Of a DNA stretch of 64,000 bases, positions 10,790 to 21,279 are shown piece after piece. Below the pieces are notes generated by a model. The model was not told the DNA's origin. It saw only the letters and a program-made list of their open reading frames with translations, and ran no database searches. Position 1 is the first letter of the stretch, and each line of letters starts with the position of its first letter. This stretch comes from an uncultured delta proteobacterium (lineage in GTDB: Bacteria > Myxococcota_A > UBA9160 > SZUA-336), in the NCBI GenBank assembly GCA_963704165.1, contig CAVPHD010000012.1:128001-192000 (forward strand). Reading direction: 5' to 3'. Made by a program: the position numbers and the translations under genes.

Positions 10790-11632
10790 TCAGCCGACGC
10801 TGCGCGCGAGCTCGGCGTGGCGATCGAGAAGGGGTAGCAATTTCTCGGCCGGTTCGGGCGGCAGCCCGAAGATCACGCGCGTCACGCCCGCGTCGCGCGC
10901 CTTCTCGACCTCGGCCCGCTGCGACCCCATGGCGAAGATCGAGACCTCGAACTTCGCCGGGTCACGGCCCGCGGCCTCGAGCATGCCGCGCAGCTCGGGC
11001 AGACGCGCGACGATCGAGTCGCGGCCGAAGATCGGCATCCACCCGTCGCCGTACTCGACCGCGCGCTTCGCGCCGCCCGGAAAGCCGCCACCGACGTGAA
11101 TCGGCGGGTGCGGCTTCTGGACGGGCTTGGGCCAGGTCATGATCGGATCGAAATCGACGTGCTTTCCGTGGAACTCGGGCTTCGACTTCGTCCAGATCTC
11201 CTTCATCGCGAGCACGCGCTCGCGCATCACGGACGTGCGCTTCGAGAAGTCGGTGCCGTGATTCCGCATCTCTTCGGCGTTCCAACCCGCGCCGACTCCG
11301 AACAGGAAGCGCCCGTTCGAGACACGATCCAGTGTCGCCACGTTCTTGGCGAGCTGGATCGGGTCGCGCTGCACGACGAGGCAGATCCCGGTCGCGAGCT
11401 TGATCGTCTTCGTGACCGCCGCGGCCGAAGCGAGAGCGACGAACGGCTCCATCACGTCGTAGTACATCTTCGGGAGCTCGGGTCCGCCGGGCCAAGGCGA
11501 TTCGCGCCGGGCGGGGATGTGCGAGTGCTCCGGGAACCAGAGCGATTCGAAGCCACGGCCTTCCGCTTCGCGCGCGAGCTCGGCGGGCGCGATCGAGGCA
11601 TCGGTCGGGAAGATCGTGAGTCCGTACTTCAT
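10790..11632 (-). CDS. LLM-class (luciferase-like) F420-dependent oxidoreductase
   Basis: ESLWFPEHSHIP, RDPIQLAKNVATLD and PKPVQKPHPPI motifs. Confidence 0.88.
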   Translation of the reverse strand: MKYGLTIFPTDASIAPAELAREAEGRGFESLWFPEHSHIPARRESPWPGGPELPKMYYDVMEPFVALASAAAVTKTIKLATGICLVVQRDPIQLAKNVATLDRVSNGRFLFGVGAGWNAEEMRNHGTDFSKRTSVMRERVLAMKEIWTKSKPEFHGKHVDFDPIMTWPKPVQKPHPPIHVGGGFPGGAKRAVEYGDGWMPIFGRDSIVARLPELRGMLEAAGRDPAKFEVSIFAMGSQRAEVEKARDAGVTRVIFGLPPEPAEKLLPLLDRHAELARSVG

Positions 11633-11663
11633 CGCGGCATTCTACGCTGCGGGCACGTCCGGT

Positions 11664-12353
11664 TCAGGGGAAGAGCTGGTACCAGAACCAACGTGCGCCG
11701 GGCTCGAACTCGAGCCTCGTCCGCGGCAGGGGACGGCCGTCGAGGTGGAGACCGTCGATCTCGAGCGCGCGTGGAAGCTCGGGCCAGTCGAGCGTCGGGA
11801 AGCTCAGCCAGATTTCGGCGTCGCCGAAGATCGCGAGCTCGGCGCCGTCGATCGACGTGCCGGGAGCGACGTCGGCCGAGCAGGGCTCGAGCGAATCGTC
11901 GATGTGTTCGGTGACGAGCTCGTATCGACTCGGAGCGACGCGGACGCCGCCCTCGCCCTCGAGGGCGATCGCTGCGAGGCTCGTGCGCCAGGATTCCGTG
12001 GCCGCGAGCGTCAGTCGCAAAACGGTCGTTCCGGGCCGACCCGCCGTGTTCCCCGGCGAGAGCAACGGAATCGGAAGCGGTGGGAAGACGACGAACCAGA
12101 CGCCGTCGTCCCAGTCGCAGACCGCGGCCGTGACGCTCGCGCCGCCGGCAAAGCTCGCGCGCGCGAGTGACGGTGAGTGAGAGAGCGCGTGTCCCTCGCG
12201 GCCGGGAGAGACCTCGAAGCTGCGATCGGGATCGATCGCGACCGCATCCGGTCCGCGGAGTGTCGTGTAGGTCTCGCGTGCGAGCACGATGCAGCCGGAA
12301 CTCGTGATCGAGAGTCCGAGCGCGAGCAGCAGCGTCGAATTCCAGTTTCTCAT
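11664..12353 (-). CDS. Hypothetical lipoprotein
   Basis: MRNWNSTLLLALGLSITSSGC signal peptide ending in a lipobox-like Cys. Confidence 0.6.
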   Translation of the reverse strand: MRNWNSTLLLALGLSITSSGCIVLARETYTTLRGPDAVAIDPDRSFEVSPGREGHALSHSPSLARASFAGGASVTAAVCDWDDGVWFVVFPPLPIPLLSPGNTAGRPGTTVLRLTLAATESWRTSLAAIALEGEGGVRVAPSRYELVTEHIDDSLEPCSADVAPGTSIDGAELAIFGDAEIWLSFPTLDWPELPRALEIDGLHLDGRPLPRTRLEFEPGARWFWYQLFP

Positions 12354-12393
12354 CACGGCCGATCGAGGCCGATTCTCTGCTACGATCGCGCGC

Positions 12394-13636
12394 ATGTCAC
12401 TTCCGAGAACGGGACGCGCGGCCGACGAAGTGCTGGACGAGCTCGAGCGGATGCGCGCCAGGGACGTCGACTGGCGGAGCGGACGCGCATTCAGTCTGGC
12501 CTACTTCGCCGGCGACGAGGTCCTGGATCTCGCCAAGAACGCGTACGCGCGTTTCTCGAGCGAGAACGCGCTCAACACCGACGCCTTCCCGAGCCTGCGT
12601 CGGATCCAGGGCGAGGTCGTGGCGATGACCTCGGGGCTCCTGAACGGCGGCGAGAGCGCGGCGGGATTCATGACCAGCGGGGGCACCGAGAGCCTGCTCA
12701 TGGCCGTGCTCGCCGCACGCGAGCGCGGTCGCAAGGAACGCGGCGTCGTCGCACCCGAGATGGTGCTCCCGACGAGCGCGCACGCCGCCTTCGAGAAGGG
12801 CGCGCACTACTTCGGCGTGAAGTCGGTGCGCGTTCCCGTGCGCGACGACTTCCGCGCCGACGTCGACGCCACCGCGAAGGCGATCAACGCGAACACCGTG
12901 CTCGTGGTCGGATCGGCGCCGCAGTATCCGCAGGGCGTGATCGACCCGATCGAGGCGCTCGCCGGACTCGCGGAGCAGGCCGGCGTGAACTGTCACGTGG
13001 ATGCGTGCATGGGCGGAATGATGCTCCCGTTCCTCGAGCGCCTGGGTGAGCCGATCCCGCGCTGGGACTTCCGCGTGCCCGGCGTGACTTCGATCTCGGT
13101 CGATCTGCACAAGTACGGGTACACGGCGAAGGGCGCGTCGGTGATCGTGCACCGATCGAAGGAGCTTCGGCGCCATCAGACCTTCGTCACGCAGAACTGG
13201 CTCGGCGGCACCTACGGAAGCTCCGGCGTGCTCGGCACGAAGTCCGGCGGAGCGATGGCCGCCGCCTGGGCCGTGATGAACCACCTCGGCGAAGACGGCT
13301 ATCTGCGACTCACGCGAATCGCGCGCGGTACCGCGCTCCGGCTGGCCGACGCGGATCCGAGAGATCCCGGGGCTGAGATTGCTCGCCGAGCCGCAAGTGA
13401 CGCTCGTCGCCTTCACGGGTACGGATGGGATCGACGCCTTCGCCATCGGTCAGAAGCTCGCCTCGCGCGGCTGGGTTCTCGACGCGCAGGGACCGCCGCC
13501 GAGCTTGCACGCGACCGTGAACGCGGTGCACGAGCGCGTGCTCGACGAGTTCCTGATCGAGCTGCGCGCGACCGTGTCCTCCGTGGGCGAGCCAGGGACC
13601 GCCGGACGCGCGAGCGCGTACGGCACCGTCGACTGA
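12394..13636 (+). CDS. PLP-dependent group II decarboxylase / sphingosine-1-phosphate lyase-like; frameshift ~13352
   Basis: FMTSGGTESLLMA, HVDAC and SISVDLHKYG (PLP Lys); C-terminus continues in the 13379-13636 frame. Confidence 0.85.
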
Positions 13637-13806
13637 TCGGGGGCCGATCGCCCCGGAGCCCGACCGCTGCGAACCTGCGACTGGCGGGAGCGATCCCTTC
13701 CGGCGCATCCTCGCCGATCCGCGGCTGCGCACGGGCCGCGACTTCCAAAGACTTCCTCAGGACGCGATGATCCAAGGCCGATCATCGCGGAATCAGGAGA
13801 GAATCC

Positions 13807-15201
13807 ATGGCTCGGGGCAATCTGGCGCTGGTCTTGATGGCGGCGGGAAAGGGCACGCGAATGCGTTCGCGTCTGCCCAAGGTGCTCCATCCCGTGTGCG
13901 GCCGGCCGATCCTGATGCACGCACTCGAGCTCGGGCGCGAGCTCGGCGCCACGCGCCGGATCGTGATCGTCGGCTCGGGCGGAGACGAGGTCCGCGCGGC
14001 CGTCGCGGGGCTGGACGTCGAGATCGTCCCCCAGCACGAGCAGCTCGGCACCGCACACGCCGCGCTTCAGGCGCGTGCAGCGCTCGCGGATCACGACGGA
14101 CCGGTGCTCGTGATGAACGGCGATCACCCGCTCTACCGGGCGCGCACCTTCGAGGCGCTGCGTGAAACCTGGGAATCGACCAAGGCGGGACTCGCGATCC
14201 TGGTCACGGAGATGCCCGACCCGAGCGGATACGGGCGGATCCTCCGCAGTTCGTCCGGGCGCGTCACGCGCGTGGTCGAGGAGAACGACTGTTCGGTGGC
14301 GGACCGGCGCGTGCGCGAGGTGAACCTCGGCGCCTACCTCGCCGACGCGCGAATCCTCTTCGAGCTGCTCGCGCGCGTGCGCAACGAGAACGCCAAATCC
14401 GAGTTCTACATCACGGATCTGGTCGAGCTCGCGCTCGCCTCGGGTCACACGGTCGAGACGTCGGCGGCGGAGGACTGGCGCGAATCGCTCGGCATCAACA
14501 CGCGCACGGAGCTCGCGCTCGCCGAGACGCTTCTGCGCGAGCGCATCGTCGGCAAGCTGATGCAGGACGGTGTCACGCTCGTCGATCCGGCCACGACCTT
14601 CGTCGAGGTGGACGTCGAGATCGGTGAGGACACCGTGCTCGGCGCGGGCGTGACGATCCGCGCGGGCTCGCGGATCGGTTCGGGCTGCCGGATCGACCCG
14701 GGCGTGGTGATCGAGGAGTCGGTGATCGGCAACGACGTGCGGGTCAAACCCGGCTGTTTCTTCGAGCGCGCTCGCGTCGGCGACCGCTGCGAGGTCGGCC
14801 CGAACGCCCATCTTCGGCCGGGCGCGGACCTGCGCGAAGACGTGCGCGTCGGGAACTACGTCGAGGTCAAGAACTCCGTGCTCGGCGCGGGTACCAAGGC
14901 CGACCATCTCTCCTACATCGGGGACGCGGACGTCGGCGAGGGCGTGACGATCGGCTGCGGCGCGATCACCGTGAACTACGACGGCGCGAAGAAGACGCGA
15001 ACCACGATCGGAGACCGCGCCTTCATCGGCTGCAATTCGAATCTGATCGCGCCGGTGACCATCGAAGCCGAGGCGTACGTCGCGGCGGGATCGACGATCA
15101 CCAAGCCCGTGCCGGGTGGGTCGCTCGCGGTGGCGCGCGCGCGACAGCGGGTGATCGAGGGTTGGCGCGAGAAGCGCTTCGGCGACGGCGGACAGGAATA
15201 G
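13807..15201 (+). CDS. glmU: Bifunctional UDP-GlcNAc pyrophosphorylase / glucosamine-1-P acetyltransferase
   Basis: AAGKGTRMRS, QLGTAHA, GYGRI, hexapeptide repeats, HLSYIGDA and NYDG motifs. Confidence 0.96.
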   Translation: MARGNLALVLMAAGKGTRMRSRLPKVLHPVCGRPILMHALELGRELGATRRIVIVGSGGDEVRAAVAGLDVEIVPQHEQLGTAHAALQARAALADHDGPVLVMNGDHPLYRARTFEALRETWESTKAGLAILVTEMPDPSGYGRILRSSSGRVTRVVEENDCSVADRRVREVNLGAYLADARILFELLARVRNENAKSEFYITDLVELALASGHTVETSAAEDWRESLGINTRTELALAETLLRERIVGKLMQDGVTLVDPATTFVEVDVEIGEDTVLGAGVTIRAGSRIGSGCRIDPGVVIEESVIGNDVRVKPGCFFERARVGDRCEVGPNAHLRPGADLREDVRVGNYVEVKNSVLGAGTKADHLSYIGDADVGEGVTIGCGAITVNYDGAKKTRTTIGDRAFIGCNSNLIAPVTIEAEAYVAAGSTITKPVPGGSLAVARARQRVIEGWREKRFGDGGQE

Positions 15202-15214
15202 CGAGGAGCGAGGG

Positions 15215-17055
15215 ATGTGCGGAATCGTCGGTTACGTCGGGCACAGTGATCGCGCGCAGGACGTGATCATCGACGGCCTTCGCCGTCTGGAGTACCGCGG
15301 GTACGACTCGGCCGGTGTCGCGATCCTCGAGGGCGAGAAGCTCCGGGTGATCCGGGCCCAGGGCAAGCTCGTGAACCTCGAGAGCGCGCTGCGCGACGTG
15401 CCGCTCGCGGGCTCGCTCGGCATCGGACACACGCGTTGGGCCACCCACGGCAAGCCCAGCGAGCGCAATGCCCACCCGCATCTGGCCGGTACCGTCGCGG
15501 TGATCGGCAACGGCATCATCGAGAACTTCCGCGCGTTGCGCGACGAGCTCGCCGCCTGTGGCTCGGTCTTCAACTCCGAGACCGACACCGAGATCATCTC
15601 GCACCTCGTCTTCGCGGAGCGGAAGACCGGGAAGTCGCTGCGGGACTCGGTGCGCGCGGCGCTGCGCCGACTCGAAGGCTCGTACGCGATCGCGGTCGTC
15701 GACGAGACCGCTCCCGACGAGATCGTGATCGCGAAGAACGGCGGCAATCCGATCGTCGTCGGGCTCGGCATCGGCGAGAACTTCATCGCCTCCGACATCG
15801 CGACGATCCTGCCGTACACGCGCCAGATGCAGATCCTGCAGGACGCGGAGCTCGCGGTCGTGACCCGCGAAGGCGTCGCGATCACGACCTTCGACGGCGC
15901 ACCCGTCGAGCGCGCGCGAAAGCTGATCCAATGGGATCCGGTCCAGGCCGAGAAGGGCGGCTACGACCGCTTCATGCAGAAGGAGATCTTCGAGCAGCCG
16001 CGCGCGATCAGCGACACGATCGGCACGCGCGTGCGCGAGGACGAGGGCGACATCGATCTCGACGGCATCTCCCTCGACCGCGACATGGGTGCGCGCGCTC
16101 GCCGGGATCCAGCTCGTCGCCTGCGGAACGGCCTGGCACGCGGCGACGATCGGGCGCTCGATGATCGAGCGGCTCGCGCGGATCCCGTGCGACGTCGACC
16201 TCGCGAGCGAGTACCGCTACCGCGAGCCGATCGTCTCGGAGCGACATCTCGTGATCCCCGTCTCGCAGTCGGGCGAGACCGCGGATACGATCGCCGCGCT
16301 GCGCGAAGCGATGCGCCGCGGCGCGAAGTCGCTCGCGGTGTGCAACGTGCACGAGAGCACGATCGCGCGCGACCGCCGACCACGTGCTCTACACGCACGC
16401 CGGACCCGAGATCGGCGTCGCATCGACGAAGTGCTTCACGACCCAGGTCGTGGCGCTCAATCTGATCGCGCTCCGGCTGGCGCTGCTGCGCGGCACGATG
16501 TCGCACGAGGAAGTGCGCACGGAGTCGCACGAGCTGCGACGGCTGCCGCGCCTGGTCGAGGAGGCACTCGGTCTCTGGTCCCACGTCGAGGCGATCGCGC
16601 GCCGCCACATGCACGCACGCGACTTCCTGTTCCTCGGCCGCGGCTACGGGTTTCCGGTCGCGCTCGAGGGCGCGCTCAAGCTGAAGGAGATCTCGTACAT
16701 CCACGCCGAAGGCTACGCCTCGGGCGAGATGAAGCACGGGCCGATCGCGCTGATCGACGAGAACGTGCCGGTCGTGATCGTCGCGAATCAGCGCTCGGTG
16801 TACGGCAAGCTGATCTCGAACGCCGAGGAAGCGCGCGCGCGCGGCGGAATCGTGATCGCGATCGTCGAGGACGGGAACACCGAGGCCGAGAGCTTCGCCA
16901 ACGAGGTGATCCGCGTGCCCGCGACCTCGAGCGAGGCGCTCTCGGCCGTGATCGCGACCATTCCGCTGCAGATGCTCGCGTACCACGTGGCGACGCTGAA
17001 GGGCACGGACGTGGATCAGCCGCGCAACCTCGCGAAGAGCGTCACGGTGGAATGA
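15215..17055 (+). CDS. glmS: Glutamine-fructose-6-phosphate aminotransferase; two apparent frameshifts (~16083, ~16378)
   Basis: [48 protein letters not shown] and [11 protein letters not shown] motifs spread over three frames. Confidence 0.95.
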
Positions 17056-17123
17056 GCGGCGCCGGCGCGCGGCCGTCCGCGTCGCTTGCAGCGCTCGAAC
17101 CCATCGGCGACCCTCGCATCCGG

Positions 17124-19337
17124 ATGTCGAGGTTGGATCAGATCGTCGCCGGGCTGAATCCCGAGCAGTGCGAGGCCGTGCAGCACGTGGCGGGCCCCCT
17201 GCTCGTGCTCGCCGGCGCGGGCAGCGGCAAGACGCGGATGCTCACGCACCGCATCGCGCACCTGATCGAGAGCGGCGCTGCGCGGCCGTACGAGATCCTC
17301 GCGGTCACGTTCACGAACAAGGCCGCCCGCGAGATGCGCGAGCGCGTCGAACGCCTGATCGGCGCCTCGGCCGGCGACACGCGCGGCGTCTGGGTCTCGA
17401 CGTTCCACTCGACCTGCGTGCGCATCCTCCGACGCGACGGGGTCACAGCTCGGCTACGAGCCGAACTTCGCGATCTACGATCAGGACGACTCGCTCGCGC
17501 TCGTGAAGCGCGTGCTGAAGGCGATCGGCGCCGACGAGAAGGCTTGGCCGCCGCGAGGGATCCGCACCGCGATCGACCGCATGAAGAACCGCGGCCTGCT
17601 GCCGGCCGACCTGACGCACGACGACTCCCTCGAAGCGCGGCGTCTGCGCGACGTGTATCAGCGCTACCAGAAGGAGCTTCGTCGCGCGAACGCGCTCGAC
17701 TTCGGCGACCTCATCCTGTCTGACCGCGCGACTCTTCGAGCACCACCCCGACGTGCTCGCGAGCTACCAGCGCCGCTGGAAGTTCGTGCTCGTCGACGAG
17801 TACCAGGACACCAATCCGATCCAGTACCGGCTGCTTCGCCTGCTCACCGCCTCGCATCACAACCTGTGCGTGGTCGGCGACGAGGATCAATCGATCTACC
17901 GCTTCCGCGAGGCGGACATCCGCAACATCCTCGACTTCGAGAAGGACTTCCCGGGCGCGAAGGTCGTCCGCCTCGAACGCAACTACCGCTCGACCCAGCC
18001 GATCCTCTCGGCCGCGAGCGCGGTGGTCGCGAACAACGTCGAGCGCAAGGGCAAGCGCCTGTACACCGATCGCGACGGCGGCGAGCCGGTGCGCTTCTAC
18101 GAGGCGGCGGACGAGCGCGGAGAAGCCGCCTACGTCATCGGCGAGCTGCTCGCGCCTTCGCGACCGGGGCACGCCGCTCGGCGACTCCGCGATCTTCTAC
18201 CGCACGCACGCCCAGTCGCGGCCGCTCGAGGAGGAGCTGCTCAAGTACAACCTGCCCTACGTGGTCGTCGGCGGCACGCGCTTCTACGACCGCGCCGAGG
18301 TGAAGGACGCTCTCGCCTACCTGCGCGTGCTGCGCAATCCCGCCGACACCGAGAGCCTGCTCCGGATCGTGAACACGCCCACGCGCGGCATCGGCCGAAC
18401 GACGCTCGAACGCGTTCTGCTCGCCGCGGAGCAGGCCGACACCACCCTCTGGGACGCGCTCGTGCGCGGACTCGGCGGGCTTCCGAACGCGGCCACCAAG
18501 CGCATCGCCGAGTTCGTCGAGCTGATGAAGGACCTCGCGCCGCTCTTCGAAGGTGAGTCGATCGCGCAGCCGCTCGCGACCGTGCTCGAGCGCACGGGCT
18601 ACCTTCGCGCGCTCGAAGCGGAGAACACCGTCGAGGCCGAGGCGCGGCTCGAGAATCTGAAGGAGCTGCTCGCGGCGGTCGAGGAGTTCGAGCGCCAGAA
18701 CAGCGGCGCCCCCGACGAGAACGACATCAAGCGCGATCTCGCCGATCTCTTTCTCGAACAGGTGACCCTGCTCTCCGACGCCGATCGCGCCGAGCAGTCG
18801 AGCGACCGCGTGCCGATGATGACCGTGCACGTAGCGAAGGGGCTCGAGTTCCGGCACGTCTTCGTCGTCGGCCTCGAGGAGGGAATCTTCCCGCACTTCG
18901 CCTCGCTCGACGATCCATCCTCGATCGAAGAAGAGCGGCGGCTCTGCTACGTCGCGATGACACGCGCGATGGAGCACCTCACGCTCAGCAACGCGACGAT
19001 GCGGCGGATGCACGGCTCGGTTCGGTACAACGCCCCGAGCCGGTTTCTCGCCGAGATCCCCGAGGAGCTGCTCGCAGGACGACGCCTGCGACCGACCCGT
19101 TCGTCCGAACCCACGTTCGAACCGGGTCCGCGCGTGGACTACAGCGACGCCCAGTGGGCCGCGGACGATCTGCCGGTCCTTCGTACGGGCATGCGCGTGG
19201 AGCATCCGATCTTCGGTCTCGGACGCATCACCGAAGTGTCCGGTGCCGGCGAGGCTGCGAAGCTCTCGATCCTCTTCGAACGCGCGGGCGTGAAGATGCT
19301 GAAGCTCAAGTACGCGCAGCTTCGGATCCTGTCGTGA
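17124..19337 (+). CDS. pcrA: ATP-dependent DNA helicase UvrD/PcrA; three apparent frameshifts (~17445, ~17722, ~18155)
   Basis: [67 protein letters not shown] and C-terminal Tudor-like VEHPIFGLG. Confidence 0.93.
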
Positions 19338-19912
19338 TCGACTATTCGCCGACGGAGCTTCTGACGCGAAGGCTCCGGCTGCGCGCGCCGAGACGCGCCG
19401 ACGCCGGACCGCTCCACGAGGCGATCGAAGAGACGCTCGATCAACTCGTGCCGTACCTGCCGTGGGCGCGCCGCGGTCACTCGCGCACCGAAACACGTCG
19501 CTACCTCCGTGCTTCGCGAATCGCGTGGACGCGGCGCGCGTCGTTCGAGTTCTTGATCGACTCGCCCCGTCAGGGAGTGATCCTCGGAGTCGCGAGTCTG
19601 CACCGCATCGATTGGCTGCGACGCTCCGCGGGCATCGGCTACTGGGTGCGCCGGAGCCACTTCGGCCAGGGCATCGCGACCGAAGCCACCGGCGCGCTGC
19701 TCGAGCACGCCTTCGGCACGCTGATGCTCCACCGGGTGGAGGCCCTCGTCGCGCTCTCCAACAAGCCGAGTCAGCGCGTGGTCGAGAAGCTCGGCTTCAC
19801 GCAGGAAGGCATCGCGCGCGGCTCCGAGTTCATCGACGGTGAGTTCATGGACCATCTTCAGTACAGCCTGCTCGAGTGCGACCGCCCTCTCGACTCGCGA
19901 GACACGGGCTGA
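19334..19912 (+). CDS. GNAT acetyltransferase, RimJ/RimL family
   Basis: IGYWVRRSHFGQGIATEA and NKPSQRVVEKLGF motifs; GTG overlaps the helicase stop. Confidence 0.88.
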   Translation: MIDYSPTELLTRRLRLRAPRRADAGPLHEAIEETLDQLVPYLPWARRGHSRTETRRYLRASRIAWTRRASFEFLIDSPRQGVILGVASLHRIDWLRRSAGIGYWVRRSHFGQGIATEATGALLEHAFGTLMLHRVEALVALSNKPSQRVVEKLGFTQEGIARGSEFIDGEFMDHLQYSLLECDRPLDSRDTG

Positions 19913-19914
19913 GC

Positions 19915-20628
19915 ATGCGCTTCGCTCTCGAATCCGACATGGGGATGGTGCGGACCAACAACGAGGACTCCGCCGTCGCAGACCTCGACCTCGGCCTCTT
20001 CGTCGTCGCGGACGGAATGGGTGGCCACGCCGCGGGAGAGGTCGCGAGCCGAGTCGCCGCGGACGCGATCGTCTCCGCCATGCGTGCGCGCACGCGCCCT
20101 GCGCGCGCACGTGACGAGGCCGAGCCCCTGCTCCAAGCCGTGCACGACGCGAACGCCGCGGTGGTGCGCGAGGCCGTCGAGCGCGGGACGCACGGCATGG
20201 GAACGACGCTCTCGGTCGTGTGCCTGCGCAAACGCGCCGCGGTCATCGCGAACGTCGGGGACTCCCGCGTCTACCTGATCTCGCGCAAGGGCATCCATCA
20301 GCTCACCATCGATCACACGCTCGTCATGCAGATGGTCGAGCACGGGCTGCTGACTCGAGAACAGGCGCGAACCCATTCGGACAAGCACGTCCTGACGATG
20401 GCGATCGGAACGCCCGGCCCGCTCGAGCCACAGCTTCTCGTCGCGAAGGTTCCCCCGGGTGGGCGGCTCCTCTTGTGCAGCGACGGACTGCACGATCTGC
20501 TGCCGGACGATGAGATCGAGGAGCTCGCGAAGCTTCCGGACATCGATGCGGCGGCGCGCGCGCTGGTCGAGCGCGCGAACGCGCGTGGCGGGTTCGACAA
20601 CGTCACGGTCTTGCTCGTCGAACCCTAG
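19915..20628 (+). CDS. PP2C-family Ser/Thr protein phosphatase
   Basis: RTNNED, VADGMGGHAAGEVAS, MGTT, NVGDSR, LCSDGL and GGFDNVT motifs. Confidence 0.93.
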   Translation: MRFALESDMGMVRTNNEDSAVADLDLGLFVVADGMGGHAAGEVASRVAADAIVSAMRARTRPARARDEAEPLLQAVHDANAAVVREAVERGTHGMGTTLSVVCLRKRAAVIANVGDSRVYLISRKGIHQLTIDHTLVMQMVEHGLLTREQARTHSDKHVLTMAIGTPGPLEPQLLVAKVPPGGRLLLCSDGLHDLLPDDEIEELAKLPDIDAAARALVERANARGGFDNVTVLLVEP

Positions 20629-20664
20629 CGGAGCTCCGGTACGCTCCGCGCTCCGCTTGCGACG

Positions 20665-21213
20665 TCAGTCGGTCCCTTCGAGCACGCCGAGCCAGTCGAG
20701 CTCGCGGTAGGCGCCGTCGAGGTCCATCCCGTAGCCGACGATCCAGCCGTCCCCGACCTCGAAGCCGACGTGGTCGAGCACGACCGCGGTCCGCAGGCGT
20801 TCGGGCTTGCAGACGAGCACGGCGATGCGCACCGAACGCGGGGCGCCCGAACGCACGAGCTCGGAGACGGCCTCGAGGGTGCGGCCCTCGTCGGCGATGT
20901 CGTCGGTGATCACCACGTCGCGACCGCGAAACACACCGGCGTCGCAGCCTTCGAGCACGACGTCGCGCAGCTCCGTGCCGTGGCTCCGACGCGCCCGAAC
21001 CTCGGTTCGATCCGACGCGATGCCGAGCGCCTCGAGTCCGAGCGCGAGTCGTGTCGCGAACGGCCGCGCACCCTCCGCGATCACCACGAAGAGGGGCGTG
21101 CTCCCCGCAAGGGCGCGAGCGAGATCCGAGGCGAGCTCCTCGATCCGCGCGTCGACTTCACGCGCCGAGTGAAGCTCGAGCACGCGGCGCTTCTTTTCGT
21201 CCTCGAGCGGCAC
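20665..21213 (-). CDS. hpt: Hypoxanthine phosphoribosyltransferase-like
   Basis: VVITDDIADEGRTL PRPP loop and WIVGYGMD motif. Confidence 0.8.
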   Translation of the reverse strand: MPLEDEKKRRVLELHSAREVDARIEELASDLARALAGSTPLFVVIAEGARPFATRLALGLEALGIASDRTEVRARRSHGTELRDVVLEGCDAGVFRGRDVVITDDIADEGRTLEAVSELVRSGAPRSVRIAVLVCKPERLRTAVVLDHVGFEVGDGWIVGYGMDLDGAYRELDWLGVLEGTD

Positions 21214-21279
21214 GGCTTCGATCCTATCGCTGGTCGCGGCCCGCGCGCAAAGGCAGGCTCCATCGCGTATCGTTGGCCG

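Noticed and set aside
13637..15214. glmS ribozyme
   Set aside because: Only 13 nt separate glmU and glmS, and I could not find the ribozyme core in the glmU leader.
15215..19337. Programmed frameshifting or true pseudogenes in glmS and pcrA
   Set aside because: No slippery heptamers seen, several shifts per gene, and glmS is normally essential; assembly error is more parsimonious.
19334..20628. GNAT and PP2C as dedicated modifiers of the histone tail
   Set aside because: They lie about 7 kb away in the glmU-pcrA operon and belong to generic families; no evidence of a link.
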